From Candidatus Melainabacteria bacterium (GTDB lineage Bacteria > Vulcanimicrobiota > JABDET01), in contig JABDET010000001.1 of assembly GCA_013286945.1 (NCBI GenBank), positions 4,590 through 68,589 on the forward strand: a stretch of 64,000 nucleotides of DNA, given 5' to 3'. Shown one piece after another: positions 16,326-26,444 of the stretch. Each line of letters opens with the position of its first letter. Position 1 is the first letter of the stretch. A program made the translations under genes and the position numbers. The notes under the pieces are model-generated. The model did no database searches, was not told where the DNA came from, and saw nothing but the letters and a program-made list of their open reading frames with translations.

Positions 16326-18841
16326 TAAAAGTGTCCCTCCGTAGAAAACAAGATAAAGCGTCCTTGTTGGAATCGTGTTCCACTAAATCCAGAGTTAAAG
16401 TTAATCACTTGACGATCATCGAATAGGTTTTCGACATCCAAGGCAAAACCAACTCCTTCTTTTCCACTCTTAAATAACACAGGGCCGGTTCCGAAATGCA
16501 AGTTCAGCTCGCTGTGCGGGATCCGATTGTCATCGATGAGAGGACTGGAGGCCACACCACTCCCATAATAAAAGTTGGCGCCGACATTGGCACCTGATTC
16601 CCAAGTGTTAGCTAAGCCGACGCCAAGGGTGTGACGTTGGTCATGATCATTAAACATGGGAACAGGGGTCCCGGTGTTGTCAAAGCCAAAAGGTTTGGCG
16701 ATCGAGTAGGAATAGCCAAGGTAAGAACTGATTCCAACCTTGTTGGGTGGGTTGTATTCCCATGAAAGTTCTTGACCGCGAACGGTCCCACCGTCGAAAT
16801 TCACTGAGGTGAAAGCACCAATTTGGGTTCCAAAGAAGAGAAGCCCGGTGTCAATCTGATGGCGAATGTCCTTGTAATAACTTGCCAGCTTGATCGCTTG
16901 ACCTCGACCAACTTGAAATTCGTAACTTGCTTCATATTGATTGAGCGTTTCTGGCTGAATGGGGAGCCCAAGGATGGCTCCTTGTGCCAAGGGGGGCTGA
17001 ATGAAGAGCCGGTTGTAGGATAAGCGAAAAGCAGAACCAGGAGTCACGGCAAAAGACATGTTGACTCGTGGAGAAAGATTGCTTTGATCCACCGTGGGTT
17101 GACCAAGGTTTTGAGATTGTCGATAGCGATCGTACCTTACACCATAATTGACCGTGAAAAAGGAGTTGGCCCTCCAAGTGTCTTGAAGATAAGCCGCTCG
17201 ATAAAAACCAGAACGGTTCGCGAAAAGCGTGGGGACTGTTGCACCTGGATTTGGTGTGTACATTTGAAGTCCGCGATTGTCGAGAATAGGATTTCCAAAG
17301 GCATCGGTTTGAAAGGTGCCTACCGGAGCTAATCGGGGATCGGTAGCCGCCAATTGATCAAGCGCCAATTGACTTGCGGGAACGAACTGATACGATTCTT
17401 TTCCCGATTGTTCATCATCAAGCAATCCCGCTTTAAACGTGTGATTCCCTGCAATAAGTGTTAAACTCCCTTGGACTTCGGTGTGATATCCGTCTCTAAA
17501 AAGAGAGGGATTAAACTCAATGCCATTGTCACCTGGAAGCGCGAAAAGATTTACGGCTGGATTGTTGTTGGTCAGGTATTGTCCTGTATGCAAAGATGCC
17601 ACAGAAAGCAAACTGAATAAGTTCTGATTGAATGTGTGCCTCCAGTTCAAAACGCCAAACGTGTTGGCATCCCGTTGATTGATGTCTTGTCCACCCGCTT
17701 GCTGTGAGACAACGCCAAGCGCACCTGCTGCAACACGCGAGAGAGCACCCCCATATCCGTACCCTTGACCAAATGGAGCAAAGGAATCGGGCAGCCCCGT
17801 GCGATTGGCGATTTGCGTATAAGCAGGGGTACTGTTTGCGGTCAAGGTGAAGCGATCGTTCATGCCTGCTTGATAGTCGAAGTTTCCAAAGAGAATCTGA
17901 GAAAAGCCTTTGTTATGTGCCGTTTGATTGTCGGGTTGAGGTGGTTCCAAAGCATTGTCCGTTTGTCGACCACTTAAGTTAATGAGGTATCCAAAACGGC
18001 GGGCAACATTCGCCTGATCTTCTGAGGCCTCAATGGGTGGGCCCGCCTGTCCACCAAAGGTCACAGAGCCGAAGCCTGTATTAAAAGATCCTCCTTGGAG
18101 TGTTAGATCCTGAAACGGTTTGATGGTTCCAGAACGGAGATTGACATTAAGAATGGCGGCCGTCTCCCCCCCATATTCCGGAGCATAGGCACCGGTCAGG
18201 AGATCCACACTTTGAACCGTTTCAGCCGATATGATTTGGCCCGCACGTCCTTGCAGTGCACCGGGCAATTCAAAGCCATTGATGAAAATTGAAGTGGCGG
18301 AGTGTTCACCACGAGGGTGGACTTGATTCACTGAGTCTTCCACAAAACCAGGATTACCCCGAAGCACCTTGCTCAAACTTTGTTTGTTATCCGCGTTGGC
18401 AGGGAAGGTCTTGATGAAGGTGCTGTCACGATGCGTGCTCGCCGTGGTTTCGGCTGTATGGACCAACTTCCGTTCACCCGTGACCCTGATGATTTTTTCT
18501 TTGATCGGCTGAAGTAAGATTTCAATATCGGTGACCGTATCGGCGGAGACGAGCACCTGGCGTGAATCCACCTCGTAATTGTCGGTGGCGATCGTCACTT
18601 GCCAACTTCGGGCATCCAGTTGGGAGACCGTTGCTACCCCATCCTTATCGGTGGTTAAAACAACGTCTGGTCGCACATTGGCGGAGTCTTTAAGCTTGAT
18701 TTTTACCCCGCTAACAGGTTTTTCATCGGATCCGTTTTTTACGACGAACCGAAGTGCTCCGATGACATCTGCATAAACATAACTAGAACATGATGAGATA
18801 AGAATGAATGATAATAAGAGCAAACTCAAAAAACGCGACAT
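16325..18841 (-). CDS. TonB-dependent receptor with N-terminal carboxypeptidase-regulatory-like domain (Oar-like)
   Basis: Signal peptide. The N-terminal ~90 aa form a CarbopepD_reg-like beta-sandwich, followed by plug and barrel. The terminal residue is F. Length 838 aa. A cctcct Shine-Dalgarno complement lies upstream of the start at 18841. First gene of the exbB-exbD-tonB cluster. Confidence 0.85.
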   Translation of the reverse strand: MSRFLSLLLLSFILISSCSSYVYADVIGALRFVVKNGSDEKPVSGVKIKLKDSANVRPDVVLTTDKDGVATVSQLDARSWQVTIATDNYEVDSRQVLVSADTVTDIEILLQPIKEKIIRVTGERKLVHTAETTASTHRDSTFIKTFPANADNKQSLSKVLRGNPGFVEDSVNQVHPRGEHSATSIFINGFELPGALQGRAGQIISAETVQSVDLLTGAYAPEYGGETAAILNVNLRSGTIKPFQDLTLQGGSFNTGFGSVTFGGQAGPPIEASEDQANVARRFGYLINLSGRQTDNALEPPQPDNQTAHNKGFSQILFGNFDYQAGMNDRFTLTANSTPAYTQIANRTGLPDSFAPFGQGYGYGGALSRVAAGALGVVSQQAGGQDINQRDANTFGVLNWRHTFNQNLFSLLSVASLHTGQYLTNNNPAVNLFALPGDNGIEFNPSLFRDGYHTEVQGSLTLIAGNHTFKAGLLDDEQSGKESYQFVPASQLALDQLAATDPRLAPVGTFQTDAFGNPILDNRGLQMYTPNPGATVPTLFANRSGFYRAAYLQDTWRANSFFTVNYGVRYDRYRQSQNLGQPTVDQSNLSPRVNMSFAVTPGSAFRLSYNRLFIQPPLAQGAILGLPIQPETLNQYEASYEFQVGRGQAIKLASYYKDIRHQIDTGLLFFGTQIGAFTSVNFDGGTVRGQELSWEYNPPNKVGISSYLGYSYSIAKPFGFDNTGTPVPMFNDHDQRHTLGVGLANTWESGANVGANFYYGSGVASSPLIDDNRIPHSELNLHFGTGPVLFKSGKEGVGFALDVENLFDDRQVINFNSGFSGTRFQQGRFILFSTEGHF

Positions 18842-18892
18842 AATAATTCCTCCTATTTAAACTATGACTTTTGTGGGATTCTATCGGAGAAA

Positions 18893-19261
18893 TTAAGCGC
18901 AGGGAGGGGCGCGAGGAGAATCTTGATCAAAAGAAGAGGCAAAGGAATAGAACAAGCTCCTGAAGGCTAACTTTTCTTCGGTTGAATGTCGTAGAATATT
19001 ATCAGGTGCGAGAGCAATCGGTGACGATATCCGAACGCTTTGACAATATTCGCATGGGTCAGAATTCACAAGACGTTGTGGTGCAAAGTTTGCTTGCAGT
19101 CCGTTATTCGTTTCAATGTCATTCGCGCGAACGCGGGAATCTAAAACTGAAACCGATGTGAGTTCTTGGACGTGTGTCCAAAAGTGTGAATACGAAATAA
19201 GAAAGAAGAGCCCTAAGAGAGCGGCAGATACGATTCTCGAAAAGGTGACGTTTTTACACAC
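18893..19261 (-). CDS. Hypothetical small membrane/exported protein
   Basis: 122-aa ORF with an N-terminal hydrophobic segment, co-directional and upstream of the TBDR. No domain recognised. Could be spurious. Confidence 0.25.
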   Translation of the reverse strand: MCKNVTFSRIVSAALLGLFFLISYSHFWTHVQELTSVSVLDSRVRANDIETNNGLQANFAPQRLVNSDPCEYCQSVRISSPIALAPDNILRHSTEEKLAFRSLFYSFASSFDQDSPRAPPCA

Positions 19262-19337
19262 GATCGCTTCGCATTTCTATACGGCTTTCGATTTTCCTGG
19301 ATCGGCTAGAAGGCATCTTGCTCTGAGCTCTATGGGG

Positions 19338-19465
19338 AGCGAGCGGGGGTCCCTGAGGAAGCGGAATTGCGGCGCAAGCGCCACGGATGGCAAAAACGAG
19401 CCCGCACCTCGGAGACGGACACGGACGTCCGTCGAGAATGAGCGACGATGGGACTTCCGCTCGCG
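19338..19465 (+). ncRNA. Structured RNA-like repeat element, copy 3 (divergent)
   Basis: Shares the 5' GCTCTGA...GGAGCGAGCGGG lead-in and the 3' block CGTCGAGAAT-G-AGCGA...CTCGCGAC...AGGGC with copies 1 and 2. The closing helix is preserved with different sequence: GCGAGCGGGGG (19340-19350) pairs with CTTCCGCTCGC (19455-19465), including two G-T pairs that are wobble only on the + strand. An internal GACGGAC...GTCCGTC hairpin replaces CGACCA-TGGA-TGGTCG. Confidence 0.4.
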
Positions 19466-19509
19466 ACTCATAGGGCTTAGAGAAATCTTGCAACAGAGCA
19501 GGATAGCCT

Positions 19510-20538
19510 CTATCTAGTTACCTTTAGTATAACGAAGGTCCCAGGGATAATTTTTGGTCGATGATGTTCGGGAGTTTTCGGTACTTCTCCGAATTGAGCT
19601 GTAGACAGATAAACATTTCCGGACTTCGAATCAAGGGCCATCGTTTTTGCTCCTCGCTCCGTTTTGACCGGCTCTGTCTCGGTGAACTTCTCAGGGGAAT
19701 CTTCACGAATGATGGAGAGAGTGCCGTCGCCATTCGAGCAAAAGATGAGATCTTGGTTGGAGGCAAAGGCGGCCGCATCAACATGATCGCCAATGGGAAG
19801 CACAGCGACTGGATGGCCATCGGTTGCTCTTAGGATCACGAGTTTCTGGTTCCTGCAACCAATGAACAGAAGATCGTGCTTGCGGTCAATGGCAAGCGCG
19901 CTGGGTGAATCTCCGGGTGCGGTGCTCCACGTATCGATCACTTTCATTGTTCTTGTATCAAGACGGACCGTTTGATTTTTGTCTTCCAGATTGACATAAA
20001 GGTGGCCCTTTCCGTCGGTTACCGCAAATTCGGGAGCACCACCCAGAGGAATTGTTCCGATCACTTTGTTAGTCTGTGCATTCACCACCGTTGTGCTCCC
20101 GTCGTGGCCATTCATGGCAAACACTCGGTGCGTTACCGAATCATAGGTGATGGCATCTGGACCTTTTCCGGATGGAATCTCTCCGATTTTTTTAAAGGAG
20201 TCAAGCGCAAAACAGGTGATCGTCGATCTTTGCCCATTGGTAATGTAGCCACGATTCAGGTCGCGCGCAAGAGCAACCCCATGAACATGATCAACTCCTT
20301 CGATGTTTCCAACGAGTTTGTTAGAGTCGAGATCGAGGACGTGGACGACTGTGTCATGGGTGACATAAAGTCGTCGCGCAATCTCATCGGCGGTCAGGTA
20401 ATCAAAGTACCCGTTGCCAGAAAGGGGAATAGTTTTCTCGAGACGATAGCCACTTTCCGAAGAGAAGGCTGGGGAAAAGCTGATAAGGAGTAAAGCCATT
20501 GCGAGAATTGTTCTGAGTTTCGTTGTAGTCAATGTCAT
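19510..20538 (-). CDS. YVTN-family beta-propeller repeat protein (secreted)
   Basis: The start is re-assigned to ATG at 20538 (MTLTTTKLRTILAMALLLISFSPAFS signal peptide, GGAGTAC upstream). The called upstream extension would overlap the RND pump gene. Repeated beta-propeller blades are visible (…YVTH…, …YITN…, …AMNGHDGS…). Confidence 0.7.
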   Translation of the reverse strand: MTLTTTKLRTILAMALLLISFSPAFSSESGYRLEKTIPLSGNGYFDYLTADEIARRLYVTHDTVVHVLDLDSNKLVGNIEGVDHVHGVALARDLNRGYITNGQRSTITCFALDSFKKIGEIPSGKGPDAITYDSVTHRVFAMNGHDGSTTVVNAQTNKVIGTIPLGGAPEFAVTDGKGHLYVNLEDKNQTVRLDTRTMKVIDTWSTAPGDSPSALAIDRKHDLLFIGCRNQKLVILRATDGHPVAVLPIGDHVDAAAFASNQDLIFCSNGDGTLSIIREDSPEKFTETEPVKTERGAKTMALDSKSGNVYLSTAQFGEVPKTPEHHRPKIIPGTFVILKVTR

Positions 20539-20629
20539 TATAGTACTCCTTGCGTTGAAATGATGAGATTCTTCGGCCTTCGGCCTCAGAATGACACTAC
20601 AAGCTGATGATACCCATGTTCGTTGTTTC

Positions 20630-23600
20630 TCAATCGCGTTTTTCAATCGTTCGGAAAACGACCGGAATGAAGAAAAGGGTAAAGAATGTGGAGAGCGACA
20701 ATCCGCCGATGACCGCAATGGCTAAAGGCTTTTGAAGCTCAGCACCCGCTCCAAGACCGAAAGCAAGCGGAACGAGCCCTAAGAGCGTGCAGAGGGTTGT
20801 CATGAGAATTGGTCGCATTCGGATTCTCCCTGCTTCAATGAGCGCTTCATCGAGACTCTGCCCACCTCTTTGCATACGATTCGTGTATTCGAGAAGGAGA
20901 ATTCCATTTTTGACCACTAATCCAACCAAGAGAATGATCCCCATGAATGAGGAAACATTCAGGGGGGTGTTCGTGATCCAGAGAAGCGCCGTTACACCGA
21001 AAAGAGCCAATGGAACGGTGGTCAGGATGACCAAAGGTTGCGAAAGGGATCGAAATTGAGCCACAAGCACAAGATAAACTAGGAGAACAGCGAGAGTTAA
21101 TACGCTAAGAAGCTCCCTGAAGGCTTGTTGTTGGCTCGCGTAAAGTCCACCAATCGAAAGAGAATATCCGCTCGGCAATTTCAAGTCCTCTAGTCTTGCC
21201 TGAACATCTCGAATCGAAGAACCGAGATCCCGCTTGTCCAAATTCGCCTTAACAAGAATATACCGCCGTTGATTCTCTCGGTCGATTTCCGCTTCACCAA
21301 ACCCGGGAGCCACAGCGGCCACAGAACGGAGCGGCACGGTTACGCCATTGGCTCCGGTGATCGGAATTTGTTGCAAGGCTTCCGCATTCGTACTTGTTGG
21401 TGCTGAAAGGCGAACCCTGACTTCTTCTAAGCGATCTCCGCTTCGAACCTGGGTTGCGACGGCACCTAACATGGCTTCACTCGCCTGGAGCTCGACCTCT
21501 TCTGGAGTCAACCCCAGTCGACTTGCTTTAACAGGATCCACACGCAAATTGAGCTCCGGGGCTTGGGTTGCGCCCGCGATGGCTAAGTCGACAAGTCCGC
21601 TTACTTTCTCGATGCGAGTTCGAACAAGAGCAGCCAACGATCGGAGTTGGGGAGGATCTTCCCCGAAAATCTTCACTTCAATCGGGTTTGAAGTTCCGGA
21701 GAGATCATTGAGCTGGTCCTGCAAAATTTGGTGAAAGTCGACCTCAAGTTGTGGAATTTCAGAAGCAAATTGTTGTCGCTGCGAATCAATGATGTCGAAA
21801 ATTCCCCGATGCCGTTGTTTTCGCGGCTTGAGTACCACGAGCAGATCCCCTTTGTTCGTTTCGGTAGCAAAGAGTCCACTTTCTGCCCCTGTGCGGCGGG
21901 TCCAAGTTTCAATTTCAGGAGTTTTTGCGAGAATGGATTCGATCTTCCTAACCAAAGAATCGGTTTCGGCTAACGATGTGCCCGGTGGAGCCAAATAATC
22001 AATCATGTAATTTCCTTCATCCATGGTCGGCAAGAAATCAGAACCAAGACGCGTAAACAAGAGAATTCCAAAGACAAAAAGGACGAGGGCCGCCATTCCC
22101 ACCCAATGTGGCTTTTTCAGAATGTTTTCAAGCGAGACTTTGTAATGGCGATCCACGGTGAGAAGTCCTACCTGTGCCTCGTGAATACTTGCTTCGCGCA
22201 ACCATTGAGCTGACAAGAGCGGGATTAGGGTGAAGGCTAGAATGAGAGAAAAAATAACCGCTGCACTGAGCGAAAGGGTCAAGCTGGTAAAAAACGCTCC
22301 TGCAACACCAGACAATAAAACGAGAGGGGAAAAGACAACCACGGTGGTTATTGTGGAACTCACCACTGGTCCGATCAATTCAGTTCCCGCGGCCGCCACT
22401 GCGCTCTTGATGTCCAAGCCTTGATGAAGCTGTCGGTTGATGTTTTCAATCACGACAATGGCATCATCGATAACGAGCCCCACAGCCACCGCAATTCCAC
22501 CTAAGGACATGAGATTAAGGCTTTGATGGGTCAATTTCAAGACAATGAAAGCCATTAAGGCGGAAAGAGGAATGGTTAAGGCGGCGATGATGGTGCTTCG
22601 CCATTCTCTTAAAAATAAAAAAAGGATAATCAAGATAAGGGCGATGCCGATTAGAATTGCATCTCGCACATTGTTTGTGGCTTCAACGACAAAGTTAGAT
22701 TCATCGTACGCAGGGCGAATCTGAATGCCGGGGATTAACGACGGCCGGAGTTTCGACAGCTCTTGTTTGACCTCTTTTGAGACTTGCACGACGCTGCTGT
22801 TCGGTTGGCGGAAAATGCTGAGACTAACTCCGGGGACTCCGTTTACCGTAACAATTTTTGTTGGATCGGCTCGACCAATGTGCACTTGAGCTACGTCTTT
22901 AAGAAAAACAGGGATGTGTTGCTCACGCGTTGTTACCACAATGTTTTCAAGATCGGAAATTGTGATGGATTCCGCACTTCCAACCACAAGATTTTGTTGA
23001 GAACGATCATCGAGTTTTCCGACCACGTGAGTCTGATTGGTTCGTCCGATGGCATCCACAATGTTGCTGAGGGCCAACCCATATCCTTTCAGTTTGATCG
23101 GATCGACTTCAACCAGAATCTGTGGAATGTCACCTCCTTGGACTTGAACCCTGGCTACACCTGGAACTCTCGTGAGTTGTGGAAGGATCTGGTATCTTGC
23201 CGCGAGATAGAGATCGCTTTGTGTTAAGGTGCTACTGCTTAAGTTGTAAGTGATGACAGGAAAAATCGCTGGGGTAATCCGCTCGACCGTTAAAGCCACT
23301 TGACTCGGTAAGGCGTTCCGAGCTTCGGCGATTCGGGTTTGGAGTTGTTGGAGGGCTAATGGCATGTCGGTTCCCGGCTGAAACTCGATTGAAAGCTCGG
23401 TTGAACCTCGGATCGTCTTGGAACGAATCCAGCGTACTCCGTTAACCTGACTTGCCGCTTCTTCCAAGGGACGCGTCACGATTAAAGCCACACGTTCAGG
23501 GGACATGTTTTCAATTTCTGCAATGGCAGCGATTCGAGGAAAAGAAAGCTCAGGGTAAACGGCAGAAGGTAAATTTCGATAAGCTAAAACACCCAGCAAA

Positions 23601-23668
23601 GCAAGGAGAGCAAACAAGAGATAGAAAACTCGAGATTGCGAGAAAAGAAATTCGGTGAAGCGTTTCAC
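20630..23668 (-). CDS. RND family efflux transporter permease (AcrB/CzcA-like)
   Basis: 1012 aa with 12-TM RND topology and two large periplasmic loops. Conserved RND motifs. Overlaps the adaptor gene by 4 nt. Confidence 0.95.
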   Translation of the reverse strand: MKRFTEFLFSQSRVFYLLFALLALLGVLAYRNLPSAVYPELSFPRIAAIAEIENMSPERVALIVTRPLEEAASQVNGVRWIRSKTIRGSTELSIEFQPGTDMPLALQQLQTRIAEARNALPSQVALTVERITPAIFPVITYNLSSSTLTQSDLYLAARYQILPQLTRVPGVARVQVQGGDIPQILVEVDPIKLKGYGLALSNIVDAIGRTNQTHVVGKLDDRSQQNLVVGSAESITISDLENIVVTTREQHIPVFLKDVAQVHIGRADPTKIVTVNGVPGVSLSIFRQPNSSVVQVSKEVKQELSKLRPSLIPGIQIRPAYDESNFVVEATNNVRDAILIGIALILIILFLFLREWRSTIIAALTIPLSALMAFIVLKLTHQSLNLMSLGGIAVAVGLVIDDAIVVIENINRQLHQGLDIKSAVAAAGTELIGPVVSSTITTVVVFSPLVLLSGVAGAFFTSLTLSLSAAVIFSLILAFTLIPLLSAQWLREASIHEAQVGLLTVDRHYKVSLENILKKPHWVGMAALVLFVFGILLFTRLGSDFLPTMDEGNYMIDYLAPPGTSLAETDSLVRKIESILAKTPEIETWTRRTGAESGLFATETNKGDLLVVLKPRKQRHRGIFDIIDSQRQQFASEIPQLEVDFHQILQDQLNDLSGTSNPIEVKIFGEDPPQLRSLAALVRTRIEKVSGLVDLAIAGATQAPELNLRVDPVKASRLGLTPEEVELQASEAMLGAVATQVRSGDRLEEVRVRLSAPTSTNAEALQQIPITGANGVTVPLRSVAAVAPGFGEAEIDRENQRRYILVKANLDKRDLGSSIRDVQARLEDLKLPSGYSLSIGGLYASQQQAFRELLSVLTLAVLLVYLVLVAQFRSLSQPLVILTTVPLALFGVTALLWITNTPLNVSSFMGIILLVGLVVKNGILLLEYTNRMQRGGQSLDEALIEAGRIRMRPILMTTLCTLLGLVPLAFGLGAGAELQKPLAIAVIGGLSLSTFFTLFFIPVVFRTIEKRD

Positions 23669-24759
23669 GGATTGGAATCCGGGATCGGATCAATCGCTGT
23701 GCCATCGGGCAATCCATAGGCGCCACTTTTAACAATCATTTCACCCAAGGTGAGCCCCTCGAGAATTTCAACGTTGTTTTTCCATTGAATTCCGGTCTTC
23801 ACCGGAACCCGTGTAAGCACTCCGGATGAAACTCGATAAACCATGCTTGAGTTCGACTGATTGGGATCAGGCACCAAGGCCGAGAGTGGAACTGTTAAGG
23901 CATGATGAATCCCCAAGGTGATTGAAACGGTTACCGTTTCTCCTTCTTTTAGGAGTCCATCGGGGTTGACACATCGAATTTGAATTGGCATGGCGTTCGT
24001 TTGCGGATCGATGACAGGGCTGACGGCAGTGACCGTTCCTTCCAGTGGAGCTCGAAGACGCACACCAGCGATCGTAGCGGGTTGGCCAACACGAGGAGTG
24101 TTTCGAGTATCCGCAGGTAAGTTGGTATCAATATTCACGACGGAAAGGTCAACAATTTGGACCACGGGTGTGGAGGGATCGGCGGTATCACCCACGTTGA
24201 GGAACCGACGCGCGACCACCCCTGCGATGGGGCTTTCGATGTGCATCCATTGAAGAAGGGTGGCGGCTTGCGCGTTCGCTGCAGCGGCTTGCGCGTTTCG
24301 CGCCCGCACTGCAAGCCAGTGTGCGCGAGAAGTTTCGACTTGATTTTCGGCTGTAAGCACGTCTTTTTTTGGAGCGAGCTTGGCGTCATACAAGGATTGC
24401 ACTCGGTTCAAGTTGCTGAGAGCCAAGGTTAAGTTGGCTTTGGCTTCAATAAGATCAGCATGAGCAGCAAGAAGAGAAGCTTCGGCTTGCTGGAGTTGCT
24501 CTTCCGCTTGGCGACTGTCAAGCTTAGCAACAATTTCTCCTTGGTGAACAAATTGGCCTACGATGGCATTAACCTGGACTAACTTTCCCGTCATGGCTGG
24601 GCTGAGTTTAATCGAATGATTGGGTAAAGCGGCAACGGCTCCGGGTGCGGTTGCCGCTTCGGGAATATCATTCCGCATGACACGAACCACCGGCAAGCGG
24701 ACGCGAGCTGGGGAAGTGTCGGTTAGGTTTGGAGGTGCCTTGGCGTGGCATCCCACCAA
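23665..24759 (-). CDS. RND efflux periplasmic adaptor (membrane fusion protein, HlyD family)
   Basis: 364 aa. Coiled-coil hairpin region (…QAEEQLQQAEASLLAAHADLIEAKANL…) flanked by biotinyl/lipoyl-like and beta-barrel domains. Confidence 0.9.
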   Translation of the reverse strand: MVGCHAKAPPNLTDTSPARVRLPVVRVMRNDIPEAATAPGAVAALPNHSIKLSPAMTGKLVQVNAIVGQFVHQGEIVAKLDSRQAEEQLQQAEASLLAAHADLIEAKANLTLALSNLNRVQSLYDAKLAPKKDVLTAENQVETSRAHWLAVRARNAQAAAANAQAATLLQWMHIESPIAGVVARRFLNVGDTADPSTPVVQIVDLSVVNIDTNLPADTRNTPRVGQPATIAGVRLRAPLEGTVTAVSPVIDPQTNAMPIQIRCVNPDGLLKEGETVTVSITLGIHHALTVPLSALVPDPNQSNSSMVYRVSSGVLTRVPVKTGIQWKNNVEILEGLTLGEMIVKSGAYGLPDGTAIDPIPDSNP

Positions 24760-24787
24760 AGCCAGAATACTTCCGAGGAGTATGAGC

Positions 24788-26080
24788 TTAAGGGTGAGTT
24801 GTCGCGTTGTTTTTCCCCTCCGTTAATGGTTGATTGACGGCGCGTTCCAAAGCGCCTGACGCTGTCTCATAATTCAGGATATCCGCAAAGATCGCATCAC
24901 GAGCGTCCTGTACCGATTGTCGCGCAACCAAGACGTCGGTTAAGCTCGTTTGTCCAAGTTGATAGCTTTTGTTTGCTAATTCCAAAACCTGTTGACTCTC
25001 AGGAAGAATTTTCGAGAGGTCTGTTTCAAGCACGCTTTTAGCAGCTGTATAATTTTCGTAGGCCGATTCCACCTCCATGCGAATTTGCCGCTCGAGAACG
25101 GAAAGTTGTTGTACTGCAAATTGTCGAGATGCGAGAGCTTGATCAAGTTCCCCTTGGTGCGTGTTGAAGATTGGAAGATCGAGTCGGATGCCCACGAGCG
25201 TTGAAGTGGCGGGAATGCTTGGGTCGACAATGTATCCCCCCGCTATCGCTAAGTCAGGAATCTTTCCTGATCGCGCTAAGGCGATCTGGTCAGCGCTTAA
25301 TCTCACTTGATGCGCGGCAATAAGCAATTCGAGTCGGGATCGATTGGCTTGATCCAACAAAACAGTAAGAGGAGGAATCTGTATTTCACTTAGGGCGAAC
25401 GATTGCTGATTCAAAAGGTTGAGTTCGTCCGTAGGGGTTATGCTCGTCCCTGGAGGCTGACCGAGAATAAAACCAAGTCGGATCTCTGCTTGTCTCACCC
25501 GGTTGATCGCTGACCCCAATCTTGGCCGGGTGCGCTCGAGTGCGAATTGTGCTTGAATTACCTCGGCTTCTGCGATATCCCCTGCAGCAAATCGCTTTTT
25601 TGCGATTTCCAAGAGCTCACCATCGATTGACACGACGCGTTCTGCTTCATTACGCGCGGCCTTTGAGACAACCAGTTCAAAGTAAGCTTGACGTGCCTCT
25701 TGCCGAACTTGCCATCGAAGAAGATCGTACTGCAATTCGGCTTGCCTGATTTGATCACGGGCCAAGGCAACTCGGGCTGGTCGTTTTCCACCCAGTTCAA
25801 TCGGTTGTTCCAGCGTGAGGGTCCGTTTGGGTTCGGCTAATCCGAAAGGGTAGTCGCAAGAGAGCCGTGGGTTCAGGGTTGCTTCCGCAATTGTCTTTCC
25901 AGCTTGCGCGAGCGCGATATTTTTCTTTGCTGCTTGTAATTCAAGGTTTCTTGTTTCTGCCTGTTGCAACACATCAGTAAGTCCAAGCTTTAGCATAGAG
26001 ACTTCTGTTTGCCCCAAGGCGTGGAGACGCAAAACAGCAATCCAAAATAATAAAGCCAAGATTGCTTTTCTTAAAGACAT
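24788..26080 (-). CDS. TolC family outer-membrane efflux protein
   Basis: 430 aa. Signal peptide. Two repeated coiled-coil/beta modules typical of outer-membrane factor proteins. First gene of the three-gene efflux operon. Confidence 0.85.
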   Translation of the reverse strand: MSLRKAILALLFWIAVLRLHALGQTEVSMLKLGLTDVLQQAETRNLELQAAKKNIALAQAGKTIAEATLNPRLSCDYPFGLAEPKRTLTLEQPIELGGKRPARVALARDQIRQAELQYDLLRWQVRQEARQAYFELVVSKAARNEAERVVSIDGELLEIAKKRFAAGDIAEAEVIQAQFALERTRPRLGSAINRVRQAEIRLGFILGQPPGTSITPTDELNLLNQQSFALSEIQIPPLTVLLDQANRSRLELLIAAHQVRLSADQIALARSGKIPDLAIAGGYIVDPSIPATSTLVGIRLDLPIFNTHQGELDQALASRQFAVQQLSVLERQIRMEVESAYENYTAAKSVLETDLSKILPESQQVLELANKSYQLGQTSLTDVLVARQSVQDARDAIFADILNYETASGALERAVNQPLTEGKNNATTHP

Positions 26081-26132
26081 GATTGCTTTCTGGGTTTCGC
26101 TCTTGCGCGCGCGAAATCCCGTTGCCCGACGC

Positions 26133-26387
26133 TTAGGCAGGTTCGTTTGGGTCTGGCTTTGGATTCGGGAAGGGTATGATTACAAGGGGAACTGAAGTAT
26201 TCCGCTCGAAAGTATCAACGATCCGATAAAAGTCTCGTTCACTAATCTTTCCTCTTATCATGTGTGAAGCAGCCAAGCTGAGAGTAACCGTTCCCTTTTC
26301 TGCAGATGCGATCCACTGAGAAACCGTTTCTGTTTTCACGTGTTCTTCCTCCTGAGATTGAGCACACAAATCAAAATTATACGCCAA
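26133..26387 (-). CDS. Hypothetical protein
   Basis: 84-aa ORF, 52 nt upstream and co-directional with tolC. No recognisable domain. Confidence 0.3.
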   Translation of the reverse strand: MAYNFDLCAQSQEEEHVKTETVSQWIASAEKGTVTLSLAASHMIRGKISERDFYRIVDTFERNTSVPLVIIPFPNPKPDPNEPA

Positions 26388-26444
26388 GAACGGAGGAGTG
26401 TCGATTAAGGGAACCTCAAAAAGAAGTTAACAGGTTGTGAACAT

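Noticed and set aside
19116-19517. Overlapping ORFs on both strands (19116..19517 +, 19254..19493 -, 19277..19471 -) in the TBDR-operon leader
   Set aside because: They overlap each other and the divergent third copy of the structured element. No coding-like features. Likely GC-rich frame artefacts.
20539-20718. N-terminal 60-aa extension of the beta-propeller ORF (called start 20718)
   Set aside because: The extension overlaps the RND pump gene's 3' end. An internal ATG at 20538 is followed by a textbook signal peptide.
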